Notes: a model not told the origin generated them from the sequence alone. Shown: positions 37,598-51,689, counted from the stretch's first letter. The stretch is 64,000 bases of DNA from Octopus sinensis (GCF_006345805.1 NC_043011.1:29834464-29898463), one strand, 5' to 3'. Made by a program: numbers and translations.

Positions 37598-37600
<3 letters not shown>
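37423..37600 (-). mobile_element. RTE-type 3' tail element (family D)
   Basis: CATCATCATTGTTTAATGTCCACTTTCCATGCTGGCATGGGTTG is the reverse of the D tail. Confidence 0.6.
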
Positions 37601-37640
<40 letters not shown>

Positions 37641-37645
37641 TTATG

Positions 37646-37678
<33 letters not shown>

Positions 37679-37786
37679 ATATATGTATGTGTGTGTATAT
37701 AAATATACATATATATGTATGTATGTATTTATGTGTATATATATATATATATATGTGTATGTATGTATATACATATATATATATGC

Positions 37787-37831
<45 letters not shown>

Positions 37832-39810
37832 TGTATATACGTATACATTCTTCAAGTTGGCATCCCAGTATGGTTGCAGTCTAATGACTAAAACAAGTAA
37901 AAAAACTAAAACAAAATACCTATGTGTATAAACATGCACCCACACATACACACATACACACACATATGCATATATCATGGGTGAATGTATATATTTATGT
38001 ATAAACGTATAGTTAAATAGAAAGGTAGGCAAACTGAAAGCTGATAATCTATATTATTAATTTATAACATGGAAGCTTGCTTACTCAATCAATACATCAC
38101 TACATAGGGTGTATTGGACATTTGTGAACAGAACAAAACGCAAAAGGAACAAAGACACCAAAAATACACAAACACAAAAGATATTCTCAGAGGAAACAAC
38201 ACAATCATTCAGCAAAAGCATATCAAAGAAGCAGACCATTGAGCAGAACTGTTCTCAGCATTGGTGACAGGGCCTATGTAACCACAGAATCAAGTGCACG
38301 TTAGGATCAGGTGGTTGCTCTCCATGCTGCTCTCCTCATTAGCCCATGATCTGTCCTTGCTGCTGTGGAGCCAGCAGCACATGTCCAATGAAGTAATCTA
38401 GGAGATTCAGTGGAGAGGGAGCTCAGACCATCAAATGATGTTGAGGGATCATGCAGCAATGGGTGTGTGGTTAAAAACGCTCATGTTACAAGTGTGTTGT
38501 TTTGGGGCCCTGTCCCACTGCCGTGGCTCCTTGGAAATATGTCTTTAATTAAAGCTCAGAGCCCAACGAATGCCTTGCAAGTGAATTTGGTAGATGGAAA
38601 CTCTGTGTGTGTGTGTGTGTGTGTGTGCATGTGTGTATGTGTATGTGCGTGAGCATGCATGCATGTGTGTGTATAGGTGTGTGTGCATGTTTGTATGTGT
38701 ATGTGTGTGCTTGTGTGTGCTTGTGTATGTGTGTGTAGGTGTTTGTGAGTGTTGGTGTGTGTGTGTGTGAATTTGTGTGTAGGTGTGTGTGTAGGTGTGT
38801 CACTGCGTTTGTTGCACTACCACCACTTGACTTAGCAGTTCAGTGAAAGAGACTAACAGAATAAGTACCAGACTTAACAATAAGTAGTGTGGTGGTTGAT
38901 CTGTTCAACAAAAACCTATGAAGAGGTGCTCCAGCATGGCCACTGTCCAATGAATGAAACAAGTAAAAGATAAAAGAAGTCCTACTAGGCATACAGTCCT
39001 TTCATTACGTAGGACATGTGCTTAATATCCCTGAGTACCAAAAATCTGTCAATAGAGTCACCCATTTGAACTGCTCTGTAATGGCCTGCCTCAAATTACC
39101 AGGTTCGTCGCTGGTGATATCCCAAATCTGTTGGATAAACTCAGTCATCCTGATAATGCCTGCAATGCTAAACTTCATACACATATGCACAAACACACAG
39201 AGGAATGGAGCTCTTTAGCTCTTTCCCAACCTTGAACATGAAGGAAACAGCCACATTCAAGAAGCTGGCAATTTCTGAAGAGCTTTGAGTATGGCATGCT
39301 CTTTCTCTTTCCCTTTCCTGTACCAGATTGGAATCAGCCATGTTGATACTGTTAATGACTGCAAGAGAAATAAGTTAAAACTTGGCATGTGCAGCAAAGC
39401 ATTACACAAGGTTATCTTCCATTTATTGCCTGTTAAAGCTTGTTCACATATGCCTAGCATTAAATGTGTGTGTGTGAGAGAGAGAGAGAGAGAGTTTATA
39501 CACACACACAGGCACGTTATTTTTAAGATTGTAAGGTGTAACGTCAGAGAAATTTGGCTTGTATTTCTAACACATCTAACAATTGTCTAGAGGGGCTTTC
39601 ATTGAGTTTTATTTGTACTGTGTGTTTCAACATGAAATATTGACTGAAATACAATATTTAATTCGTTTCTATTGATATATTTTGTGATATTATTCAATAC
39701 TAGGTAGAAGCTGTTGCATGTTAATTTAATTTCCATATTGGTGCAGATTGGATGCATTATCCAATACCCAGATGCCCTTCTTATAAACCTTTCAACATTC
39801 TTAGTCACCT

Positions 39811-40035
39811 TTAGCCCTTTAACATTTAAATCAACCATATCAGGCCTAAATATTCTGCTTCTTTTATGCTCAAACTGGCCAGGTCTGACTTTTCACACTT
39901 ACCCTACACTGTCATTCTAAAAATAAACGATCATCATTGAAATCTTAAAGCTACTAGACAATGCATAATTAATTCAAAACAATGTGATTAAATAAGCATT
40001 ACATTTGACAAAGTAATCTGAATGCTAACAGGAGG
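39811..40035 (+). mobile_element. piggyBac-like MITE, degenerate
   Basis: Starts TTAGCCCTTTAACATTTAAA (TTAA/CCC-like) and ends ...TCTGAATGCTAACAGG; homologous to the split copy at 29306-30211. Confidence 0.5.
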
Positions 40036-40729
40036 TGCAGGGATGTAGCTTACCTGCCCCAAAGCCAGAATACACATGCAATAAAAGAAAATAGGTAAGG
40101 ACAACTGTGGCACAGTGGATGATGCGATGTGATATGTTAAGAGATGTGCTAGAAGTGATGGAGGGGAAAATGTCACATTACAATTTCTCATTTACTTTCT
40201 GCCCGTCGTATAAAGAGACATAATTTCCATTACCAAGTTATTCTGATTGTTTACTATCTTCTGCCCTCGTGTATTTCTGCATACATGTATAACCATGTGT
40301 AGAAGGAAATTGTCAAATTTGTTGCGATAACTACAGATTTCTGTCCCCTCACCCACCAAATTTCGATGATCATAACTTTCAGGAGAATGAGTCTATTCAA
40401 TTCGTCTTAACTTTCAAGAAAATGGATACTTTTAATGAAATTCTCTACAAATATACCTTGGAATATTATTAGATTAATTTCACTTCTTTAAAAAGGTTTC
40501 TCAATGTCAACTTCTGGTATTGACATAAAAACGGCGAAGTCTGTCCCTGTCTAATTTTAAGGTTTTCATTTCAAGTTTTAATTTGCTATTTGTAAACAAC
40601 TACGATAAATTACTGAAAGGAATATTTACCAAGTTCACAAATTTAAATATTTGATACAAGATACTTTTCAACGTGCTTTTATTTATATGATTTTTTCATT
40701 CCATGTTCATCTCATTCATTGTTTGCAAT

Positions 40730-40765
<36 letters not shown>

Positions 40766-40889
40766 ACTCCCGGTTTGATTTCTTTATTACACAAATATCA
40801 CGTTCCAATTTTGCAATTCAACATGGCACATCCAAAAAGTATGGGCATCATTTTGCTGGAACTCACACACTTCATTGCTTTACGTAAAT

Positions 40890-41704
40890 TTTTACCTCTG
40901 CCAAGGAAGGAGGTTATGTTTTCATCGGCATTGGTTTTGTAACGAAGGATCTGTTATCGATGCACTGAAAGGGTGTCGATATCCGATCTAGTCACATATA
41001 AATTTTATAAGGCAAAACAGACGAAGTCAGGTTGAAGGTGAAAAGACAGTAATTCTGGTTTGTTTATTGCGATGTCGTACGTGTGTCAGCCTCTGATATA
41101 CAGCTTCGTGTTAGTTTGTTGAAGTTGGTTGATGGTCGTTGGCGCTATGTCGTAGCACGAGTGGTTGTCAGAGCCTGTGAATGCACGTCCAATCGCAATG
41201 CTGTCTAGCCGAAGTGAGAGATTTGAGCTTGGCGGGCTTGAAGGAACGTTTCCCGCACATGCGCATGGGAAGACTTCCGGTGGCCACCCGGAAGTAGTCC
41301 CATTCTGCGCATGCGCGCTGAACCCTACCCAGTAGCATCACTACAGTTTGTTCATCTGTCCGTCTGTGTGCGAAATAACTCAAAAAGTTGCGAACAGTAT
41401 TTGATGAAATTTGCAGGAAAAGTTGTTAATGATACAAGGAACAGATGATAAAATTTGGTAGTGATCCGGGAATTTTTATGGATTCTTGAAGGATTTCTCA
41501 TTTGTTATATTTACTTTACATGAAGTATTACAATGTTACGTTCTTTGATTATCTCCCTTAAAAACACGTTCATCGTTTCCACGTAATATATGGTGGCGTT
41601 GCTGTTTTCAAAGTTTATTTTTGTTTCTCTATTAGTAATTTTACTTGCATATCTATCTTAAAAAGAGCTTGGTGGAGGTCTGAGCCCGCCAAGTGCTTTT
41701 CTAG
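40890..41704 (+). mobile_element. Helentron/DINE-1-like (HINE) non-autonomous element interrupted by a solo LTR
   Basis: Subterminal inverted repeats ACCTCTGCCAAG (40894-40905) / CTTGGTGGAGGT (41668-41679, 10/12). GTCY-type core (TCTGTCCGTCTG) and T-rich ends. Confidence 0.6.
40938..41345 (-). mobile_element. Solo LTR (408 bp, TG...CA, 4-bp TSD GTTT; Gypsy-like by TSD length)
   Basis: GTTT|TGTAAC...CACTACA|GTTT. Minus-strand AATAAA at 41063-41068 with a TATA-like TATAT ~30 bp upstream. CpG-rich; excision restores the host GGTTTGTTCATCTGTCC. Confidence 0.82.
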
Positions 41705-41767
41705 CTTTTATCTATTTTCTTTTTCATGCCGTGTTCAGCTCTATGTATTTTTATTCAGTCACACACA

Positions 41768-41810
<43 letters not shown>

Positions 41811-42169
41811 ATTTTTGTATGTACATTTGTATACATTTATGTGTGATATGTGTGTCTGTGTGTGTGAGTGAGTGAAGGGGTGTGTTGTCATGTATTAATA
41901 CATACATAAATACATATGAATACATCTTTTTGTATGTGTGTGAGTGTGAGAGAGAGACAGAATGATGTCTAAGTGGCACTCTCTCTCTCACACACATATG
42001 CACACATACATACAAGAAAGATGTATGCCTATTTCTTTATGTATGTACATATACATGACATCACATCCCTTCACTCACTCTCTCTCTCTCACACACATAT
42101 CCATTTCATCTGATGATCGATATTGTATGTATATGTATCTGTGTGTGTGAGTGTGTGTATGTGACATAT

Positions 42170-43419
42170 GACAATTGTCAGGAAAAAGCAGAGAAATTTT
42201 CTTTCTTGATGCTCCTGGTGATGCAGGTAAAACATTTGTAACATTGCTTATCTCCAAAGTAAGGCAACAAAAAAATTTGCAGTTGCTGTACCATTGTCTC
42301 GCTTTGCTGCCACCATTCTCCCAGGAGGACAAACAGCTCATTCTGCTTTTAAATTACTACAAAACCTGGTCACAAATGACAGTCCAATTTGTAACATAAG
42401 CAAAGATTTAGGTTCACCTTATTTGGGATGAATACACCATGTCACATTAAGGTGCACTGAAAGCTCTTGATAAGGCCTTAAAGGACATCAGATGCTACAA
42501 TAAATTTATGGAAGGAGTTACATTAGCTTTATCAGGAGACTTTACACAGACATTGCCACTCATTCTGAGACGAACAAGATCTGATGAAATAAAAGCATGC
42601 ATTAAGTCTTCACACCTATGGAATAAAGTACTGAAATTCTCCTTCAGTACTAATGTGCAAGCTTCATTACATGGGGACCAATGTGCAGAATAGTTTTCAC
42701 CTGGCTCCTCCAATTAGGAAATGGGAATGTCCCATTTGATGGGAATGGTGATATCATTTTGGGTCATATTGCTATCATGGTGAATCCCCCAAATGAATTG
42801 AAGAACAGGGTATTGCCAGACTTAAGTAATAATTATAATTCACATAAATTGATGTGTGAAAGGGCAATTCTTTCTCCAAAAAATGAGGCAGTAGCAAGAA
42901 TTAGCCATGAATTAATGAATAAGATTCCAACAGTCATTAACAAGTACAAATCAGTTGATTCAGTCCTTGATGAAAATCAAGCTGTCCATTATCCAACAGA
43001 GTTCCTTAATTCTCTTGAGCCACCTGGAATTCCTCCACATAAACTTTTTCTGAAGGTAGGAGTCCCAATAAGGCTTCTAAGAAATTTAGATTCTCCTAAA
43101 TTATGCAATGGGACAAGATTAATTGTGAAGACATTATCACCTAATGTGACAGAAGCTACCATCATCACTGGTTGTGTCTCTGGGGAAGAGGTTTTCATTC
43201 CAAGAATTCCAATCAAACCAACAGACATGCCGTTTGAGTTCAAACGAACACAACTCCCAGTGCGACTTTGCTTTGCAATGTCTACTAATAAGGCTCAAGG
43301 TCAGTCTTTGAAATCTAATGGCTTGCTTTTCTCATGGTCAGCTTTGTTGGTTGCTCCAGGGTAGGTAGTTTGCAAACCAGAAAACAAAGAATGTTGTTTA
43401 CCCAGAAGCTCTTATATAA
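42170..43419 (+). pseudogene. Helitron RepHel PIF1-family helicase C-terminal fragment, frameshifted
   Basis: Walker A FLDAPGDAGKTF, IWDEYTM, LSGDFTQTLP, RAILSPKN, YPTEFLNSLEPPGIPPHKL..LLRNL..KLCNGTRL, RTQLPVRLCFAMSTNKAQGQSL, terminal KTKNVVYPEAL*. Confidence 0.88.
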
Positions 43420-43483
43420 TTTTCTTCAACATATTTGGTAGAATTTATCTCCTTTCATAAAAGTGGTAAATTTTGTATTTTTG

Positions 43484-43534
<51 letters not shown>

Positions 43535-43654
43535 ATTATTATTATTATTATTATTATCATTATTATTATTGTTATTACTATTATTATTATTATTATTATT
43601 ATACTATAAACACATTTTGCTTTTTTCTTCCAATAGGTAAGGACACATTTCATT

Positions 43655-43684
43655 CCCGGGCAATGCCGGGTGCCTCTCTGCTAG
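43655..43684 (+). other. Helitron 3' terminus (hairpin plus CTAG)
   Basis: CCCGG-GCAATG-CCGGG, 10 nt, then CTAG|T. Confidence 0.85.
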
Positions 43685-43706
43685 TATATATATATATATA
43701 TATCCA

Positions 43707-43742
<36 letters not shown>

Positions 43743-44026
43743 TACATATAAATATACATATATATATAGATATACATATACATATATACGTATGTATATG
43801 CATACACACATACACATACGTGCACACACATATAAATATATGCAAGCATGGAAAAGTAGATGTGATATCAATGGTGAAGATGATGATGATACATGCATAT
43901 ATATACATGGGTGTGTATATGTGAATATACATATATATTCACACTTACACACACACATACATACATTATCATCATCAGTATTTTAACATCTCCTTTTCCA
44001 CTCTTGCATATATTTGTATGAGTGTG

Positions 44027-44089
<63 letters not shown>

Positions 44090-46002
44090 CATGTTTGTGT
44101 ATGTTTGTGTATGTGTGAATTATAATTATTACTTAAGTCTGGCACACACACACATAATTTTCTCCAGAGTACAATAATAATAAATATTTTGTTCTATTTA
44201 ACAAATATTATTATGGAAATTATTCTTTTCAATCTTTAATGTATCAAAAATAAAAAAATATGAATATGATAATTCTTGCAAAATTTTAATTTTTATGCAA
44301 GCTCTCTCTCAATTTCATGTTTTTTTTATTTTCTTTTTTTACTTATCACTTTGTTATTTCTTTTCCTTTAAATTTTCTATATTTGTTCCTGTAAATGAAT
44401 TATTAATTTTTATTTCTCCATTTCTTTACAAAATTATCTTTCAGTTGGACTATTTAAACAATGATTCAAGAACAAGATCATTTTCCAACAGGATTCAATA
44501 TCATATTTGACTGTTTATTTTGGGTGTTTTTTTTTTTTTTTTGCTTGTTTTTCTTTTTTTTTTTTTGCTATAAAATATGTATATTTCTTTTTCTGGATTT
44601 TGCAACAAATGTAGTTAAAATCATTGTTATTGTTGTTTTATGTAATGGTTTCCATTGTTATTTGTAGTCATCATTGTTCTCTCTGCTTTTGTTATTGTTA
44701 GTGTCGTTATTGTTGTTGTTTTCTTCGTATAAAAGTTGAAAAGGAAGTATTTCATTGAAACTGCTTTCAATATTTGTTCACTCTTTACATAAATCATAAC
44801 TACAACAACAGCAATAATAATGATGATAATAATAATAACAATAATAATAACCCAGACATGAATTAGTAAAGATTTTCTCACACGCAGTGTGTATTTAAAA
44901 TATAAATATGGGAAAGAAAAAAATAAACAAAACATATACAAAAATATAGTTTTAGTTAACTGTGACTTCTTGAAGTTTAGATTTAATAAATTCTTAAGTC
45001 ATTCTAACTATTTTCAGATATGGAAATAAGTATGTTTTTTATATAATTTATTTTATACATACATATAAATTACATGCTTCTCTGAAAATGGAAACCAGTC
45101 AACCAAGAATTAAGTTTGATAATTAATTTCTCGTTAAGTATGAGGAATTGGGGAATTAATGAAGAGCACTGAACAATTCCTGTGAAAGGGCTTGCACCCA
45201 TGAACAATGAATTCTAGAAACCAACCACCAGCTTCATGAATAGACTAACTGGTTGTTCTTTAACCACAGATCAGCTGAGCAAAGCTGTGATCAGAAGTAT
45301 TCCATCTGTTACCATTTCATCTTTTTGTATAGCCAGATCCAGGCATGGTTGTGTGGCTAAGAAGTTCACTTCACAACCATGTGGTTTCAAGTTCAGTCCT
45401 TCTGCTGAGCACATTAGACATCTTCTACTATAGACCAGAGCTGACCAATGGAAATTGTATGGAAGGCCATTGTGTGTGTATATGAATATATATATATTAA
45501 TAGTAATGGTAAGACAACAAACGAATGAAAGAGACCTCGATATTATGTAAATAGAGGTATTTATCTGTAATATAATATTTGACAATTATTCAGTTGCCAT
45601 AGTAACTGGATAGTTGTGGATGTCAGGGTAGCATATTTTGATTGCCTTGATAACTGAAGAGATGCCGGTGCAGGCTTCTGCCCCGACATCCAAAACTCGG
45701 AGTTTTATTATGACAACTGAATAATTGTCACATATTATATATATATATATATATATTAATATTATTAGTAGTAAGGGAATATAATAATTCCAAGCCAACA
45801 AGGAAAAAAATTTAATTTATCACACTGAATCAAAAATTCACAATATATTATATATATACATATATATAGAGAATTTAGAGACAAACCGCTATTTAGTTAT
45901 TCCATCAATAGTGAAATGATATTATCTATAATAACCACATAGAAATTAATTACATATCTTATAATTATTATTCTAAAAATCTCATAACAAATCAGTATAT
46001 AA

Positions 46003-46173
46003 GGCGCAGGAGTGGCTGTGTGGTAAGTAGCTTGCTAACCAACCACATGGTTCCAGGTTCAGTCCCACTGCGTGGTATCTTGGGCAAGTGTCTTCTGCTA
46101 TAGCCTCGGGCCGACCAATGCCTTGTGAGTGGATTTGGTAGACAGAAAGTGAAAGAAGCCTGTCGTATATATG

Positions 46174-46228
<55 letters not shown>

Positions 46229-46406
46229 TTGTGTGTCTGTGTTTGTCCCCCTAGCATTGCTTCACAACTGATGCCCATGTGTTTACGTCCCTGTCACTTA
46301 GCGGTTCGGCAAAAGAGACTGATAGAATAAGTCCCGGGGTCAATTCGCTAGACTAAAGGCGGTGCTCCAGCATGGCCGCAGTCAAATAACTGAAACAAGT
46401 AAAAGA

Positions 46407-46413
<7 letters not shown>
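46003..46413 (+). mobile_element. SINE family A, near full length
   Basis: Complete head GGCGCAGGAGTGGCTG..., tail running into (GA)n. Confidence 0.88.
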
Positions 46414-46448
<35 letters not shown>

Positions 46449-46474
46449 ATATTCGTACACACAGCAAGATGTTA

Positions 46475-46996
46475 CACATGAATGGTCATAATGAAGAAGA
46501 GTTATCTTCTTGAGTCTTGCTGAACCATAAGGGCTAGTTTCCCAGTTTCCATGGCATGTAAGTTCCCCACCTGGATGGGAGGCCGGTCTGTCACAGGATA
46601 ACTCATTTTTGCCAGCTGAGTGGACTGGAGCAGCATGAAATGAAGTGTTTTGCTCAAAAACACAATGCGTTGTCTGGTTCAACAATTGAAACCAGTATCT
46701 TACGATCATGAGACCAACACCTCAATCACTAAGCTACACACCTCTACATGCTCAAAACGCACTTTGCATCATTTTGGCTTTCGACTGACAGCATCCTGCT
46801 GGTGAGGTGAGCAGGCCAACATACTCATTGACCAGAGAGCTAGTCTGTCACAGGGTCACCCAATTACAGCCGAGTGTACTGAACCGATGTAAAATGAAGT
46901 GTTTTGCACAAGAGCACAAAGCACTGCTTGGTCTGGGAATCAAACACACGATCTAGAGATCATGAATGTAACACTCTAACCACTTGGCTACATACC

Positions 46997-47000
<4 letters not shown>
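46475..47000 (-). mobile_element. Two SINE family E copies
   Basis: Homologous to 45-300. Confidence 0.6.
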
Positions 47001-47033
<33 letters not shown>

Positions 47034-47234
47034 ATATGAGTATATTCCTTTTGTAGTTGGAAATTCACTGTGCACAACTTACAAAGTTCATTTTGTGTGT
47101 GTGTGTGTGGTGGTGGTGTTTACATTTTTGCCCATCACTTTTTAAATTTTTGTCCACTTGTTGAAAATCTCTCATGTTGTCCAACTGTCCACATCTCCTG
47201 TTCCCCAGGTTCCATTCATGCTATTTCGCCTCCT

Positions 47235-47301
<67 letters not shown>

Positions 47302-47399
47302 TGTGTGTATATATTATATATATATACTGTATACATAAAACCATGCCAGCATGGAAGGCAGACTTTAAATGATGATGATGATGCGCACGCGTGTGTGTG

Positions 47400-47910
47400 T
47401 GTGAGTGTCTTTGTCTTTGAGTTTCTCCCTCCACAGCTTGGCAACCAGTGTTGCTTTGTTTACATTCCTATAGCTTAGCAGTTTGGCAAAACTGACTAAT
47501 AGAATAAGTACCAGACAATAAAAAATATGTACTGGGATCAATTTGCTTCACTGAACCCTTCAAGGCAGTTGTGTAGTAAGAAACTTGCTTCCCAACCACA
47601 TGGCTCTGGGTTCAGTCCCATTGTGTTGCATCTTGGGCAAGTATCTTCTTCTATAGCCTTGGACTGACCAAAGTCTTGTGAATGGATTTGGTAGATGGAA
47701 ACTGAAAGAAGCCTATTGTATATGTATACGTATGTAAATACCTATATGTGTTTGTTGTGTCTTTGTGTCTCTGTCCTTGCTATGTTTAAGTACCTTAGTG
47801 ACTTAGTGGTTCAGCAAAAGAGACTGATAAATAAGTATTAGGCTTAAAAATAAGCCCTGGGGTTGATTTCTTCAACTAAAATCCTTCAAGGCAGTGGTCC
47901 AGCACAGCCA
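47400..47910 (+). mobile_element. SINE family A: 3' half followed by a diverged full copy
   Basis: Family A modules. Confidence 0.65.
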
Positions 47911-48196
47911 CACTCAAATGTATATGTATATATATATTATTTAATAACACTTATAGCAGACCAGCAACAGGTTATTCTGTTACTTAATCTCATATGCCCG
48001 ACTATCTAGGGTTTTGCTGCAAGATTACAAAACTTTAGGTTGCATGGAACTGAGTCAAACAGTTATTAAATGATACATGTAGCTTCAACCAAATGAGTTG
48101 AATGCCACTTTCATTTGTCTACTTGCCTCTGAGTGTGCGTGTGTGCATGCGCGTGTATGTGTGTATGTGTGCATGTGCATGTGTGTATATATATCA

Positions 48197-48467
48197 CATG
48201 ATCACGTGACCGACCAGTCCATCAGATGTAGTTACACATCACTGGTCACAATGCGTTCGCATTGTTTTAGCCTTCGAATGACGCCACCCCACTGGCTAAG
48301 CGAGCAGGCCAACAGAAGAAGGAGTGGGAGAAAGAGTGGTGAAAGAGTACTGGAGCTTTTAGGTGTTTTCGCTCAATAAACACTCACAACGCCCAGTCTG
48401 GGAATCAAAACCGCGATCCTACGACCGCGAGTGCTCTGCCCTAGCCACTGGGCCATTGCACCTCCAC
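48197..48467 (-). mobile_element. SINE family F
   Basis: Homologous to 34662-34955. Confidence 0.75.
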
Positions 48468-48468
48468 G

Positions 48469-48517
<49 letters not shown>

Positions 48518-48671
48518 CACACACAAAATTTATAATTACAGAATCGTTTAAAATTTAAAATTTAGCATCCTTAGTGGTGTGCTGGTAGAGCATATTCACC
48601 TCTAATGTCTACCTGGTGTCATCTGCAGTAAATGTACATTCATTGCTGTATCTATATTAAGAATTCTTCAG

Positions 48672-48929
48672 TATCAATTGAGTATATTCTAAATAATTAT
48701 TTAGAATACACCTGATTATATATGCACTTTAGATGAGTTGTAGTGCACCTGAGCACTGTACACAATGTTTATTATTATTTTAATATACTCAATTGGTACT
48801 CTGTTTTCCATATTAATTATAATTAATATGGAAAACAGAGTATGCTGGAAACTTTATTTATCACAATGATCGTTATGATAAATAAAGTTTCCAGCATACT
48901 CTGTCTTCCATATTAATTATTTAGAATAT
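48672..48929. repeat. Nested perfect and near-perfect palindromes
   Basis: 46-bp perfect palindrome 48797-48842. 44-bp arms 48820-48863 / 48876-48919 with 1 mismatch. 24-bp palindrome 48686-48709; 18-bp IR 48672-48689 / 48782-48799. Confidence 0.9.
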
Positions 48930-49189
48930 AAATGTGGCAGGGGCGGGAAGAATGTATGTATCTATGTATATATATATAAATATATATGAAGTAAAAAGGA
49001 TTAAAAAATACATTCAGTGTTGAACGAATTTGGTTAAATATATCCAACAACCAGATACCAAGAAATACAACTAGAATAAACATCCAAGGTAATTCCCCTT
49101 GTATGACCAGTAATAATATTAAATATAATACTGATATGATATGCTTGAGAAGACTTGTTGTGTCAAGTAAAACCAAAATCGTAGCTGTG

Positions 49190-49468
49190 GCCAGTGACCC
49201 CTGACTGGCTCCCATGCTGGTGAAATGTAAAATGCACCATCTGAATGTGGCTGATGCCAGTACCTCCTGACTGGCTCCTGTGCCAGTGGCACATAAAAAG
49301 CACCCCCTACACTCTCGGAGTGGTTGGCATTAGGAAGTGCATCCAACTGTAGAAACATTGCCAGATTAGATTGGAGCCTGGTGCAGCTGCTGGCTCACCA
49401 GACCTAAGTCAAACCGTCCAACACATGCCAGCATGGAAAACAGACGTTAAACGATGATGATGATGATA
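49190..49468 (+). mobile_element. RTE-type 3' tail element (family D) with two upstream ~70-bp units
   Basis: D tail ending GACGTTAAACGATGATG. Confidence 0.7.
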
Positions 49469-50649
49469 ATCTGGCCTTAACACCTAATTCTGGGAGGAAG
49501 ATTAGTACTAGTTCTTTTAAGCACAAGTACCTCATTCATGTGAATAAATTTCTTTGTAATGTTAAAAGCAAATAATCTGTCCTTTACAAAGCCAATGTTT
49601 AATGAAGAATATAGTGTATCAATATGAGATAATAACAGGAGATTATGCATATTATTACATAGGTTCATTTGCTACACTTTGGAAATGTAAATTTCATAAT
49701 CATTCTCACTGATTTAAATACAGGAGAAAATGTAATTCTGTGAATTGTAGTAAATGCATTTGAGAATTAAAAGATAGGAACATTAATTTTGATTTAAGTG
49801 GTCCATTATTAGTTATGCCCCATCATACAATACTGGTAATTTTAAATGTAATCTTTGCCTTGAGGAAATGTATTACATAATTACTTCTAAATAAATATTG
49901 AATTATAAAGGTAATTTTACATTGAAATGTTCTCACAAATATTGAAAAGTATTTAAATATTTCGATTCTAAATGACCCATTAATTATAATTGCTTTTCAT
50001 ACAATACAATATGTGTAATTTTTCTAAAAATGTTTAGCATATTTGATAGATAGATAATTAATTATCATGGTATAGAATTTTTATGTTTCTAGTTGGCCTG
50101 ACATAGAATTCCTATGTTTATATTTTATTCTTTCATCATCTACTGACGTCTGAACACCAAACTAATACACCTGCTTGTTGTTCCCTCACCTGTCTTTGTC
50201 TTCTGTTTTCTGTACATTCAAACCATATATTTGCATAAATATATTAACTATTAGCGATGAAAGAAGCCTTCATTACAAATATTAATTAATACAACCAACT
50301 GAACTTTGATATGTTGCTTTGAATGCCATCGAATACAGTAACCATCTGAGGAATCACATAGACTTTATGTGCTAAAAAGTGCAGGTTATATCAACTGACA
50401 AAATTTCATTAGCTCTGGCAGATGGAACTGTTGCATCATGTTATTTCATCATAAATTGCAAATCATTAGCAACCAGTTCCCAAGCACTGAATATATATAA
50501 GTAGCAAGCTTCCACACAATTTCTGTCTATCAAATTACATTCATAAGGCATTGGTCAACCCTAGATAAAAGTGGAAGACACTTGTCCAAAACTCAGCTGG
50601 ACCCCATTGTTGAGAAGTAGCCTTCTTAACCAGATGGAAAAAACACCAG

Positions 50650-50910
50650 GGTTGTTTCTGCAAGATCAGCAGTCCCCCATGCATACCAGGCTCCCTTCTC
50701 CATGCTACTGATGTTATCCAAGGGAATGGCAAACGCCAGTACTGCTTGGCATCAGTGATGTCACAACTTATTTCTACAGCTGAGTGAACTGGAGTAACAT
50801 GAAATAAAGTGTCTTACTCAAGAACACAACACACAGCCTGGTCCAGGAATCGAACTCACAACTTCTTAATTGTGAGCCTGATGCTCTAACCACAGAGCCA
50901 TGTGCCTCAG
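50650..50910 (-). mobile_element. SINE family H
   Basis: Homologous to 12840-13042. Confidence 0.65.
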
Positions 50911-51689
50911 TAGATCACTAACCTGTAAAATGTTCTTATCTAACATTGAGACAACATTCAAAACATGAATATATAGCAATACTACACCCTTTTATTTTAC
51001 AATTTATCACTGAGCTGGGAAAATCTGTGATGAAAGACCTTCCAAACATGACCATCAAGTCTTTCCGTATACCTACATGTATGTCTTTCCATGCATCTTT
51101 CTTCATCCCTATACAAAGTCTAACGATTCTGTTACCTCACCACATTTTCTCAATAAATATTAAGAAAAGAAAAAAAAAATTTTTTTAAAGCCATGGATCA
51201 ATATTTCACCTGAGCAAAGTAAAAAATTGACTTCCAAGTTATTAAGTCCTTAATTACCTGAACGTCTGCTACAACATTCTAGTCTGTATGCATTTCCTTC
51301 ATCTCTTGCTAATCTTTATTTATTGCAAAACAAAAATTGATTCTCATCCATTTATTCACATCTTAACATATATTCCTCCCCCCCCCATTCTGTCATGACT
51401 TGAACGAGAATTGATTTTCGAGGTAGGATTTTTATAGCTGGATGCACTTCCTATTGCCAGCCCTCACCTGTTATTTTCTTTTCTTTTTTCTTTTCAGGTT
51501 AAGAATTTTTATATTCTACCTGTACATGTATTCACAAGTGCAAAATGGCCAGTCATAATGTCTTTGAAAAATGCTAACATTGATACTACTTTGCTCAAGC
51601 AATGACAAGTAAAATATTGAAATTCCTGCATGTTCACTCATGAACACACACATACACACATGCATGGACATGTAATATGAGGAGACCTA

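Noticed and set aside
42681-43364. PIF1-like ORF as a host PIF1 gene
   Set aside because: It is intronless and frameshifted and is followed by a Helitron hairpin-CTAG terminus, so it is transposon-derived.
50338-50392. CTGAGGA plus cacata/tatgtg stem as a hammerhead
   Set aside because: GAAA is replaced by AAAA, the cleavage triplet is invalid and stem I is out of register.
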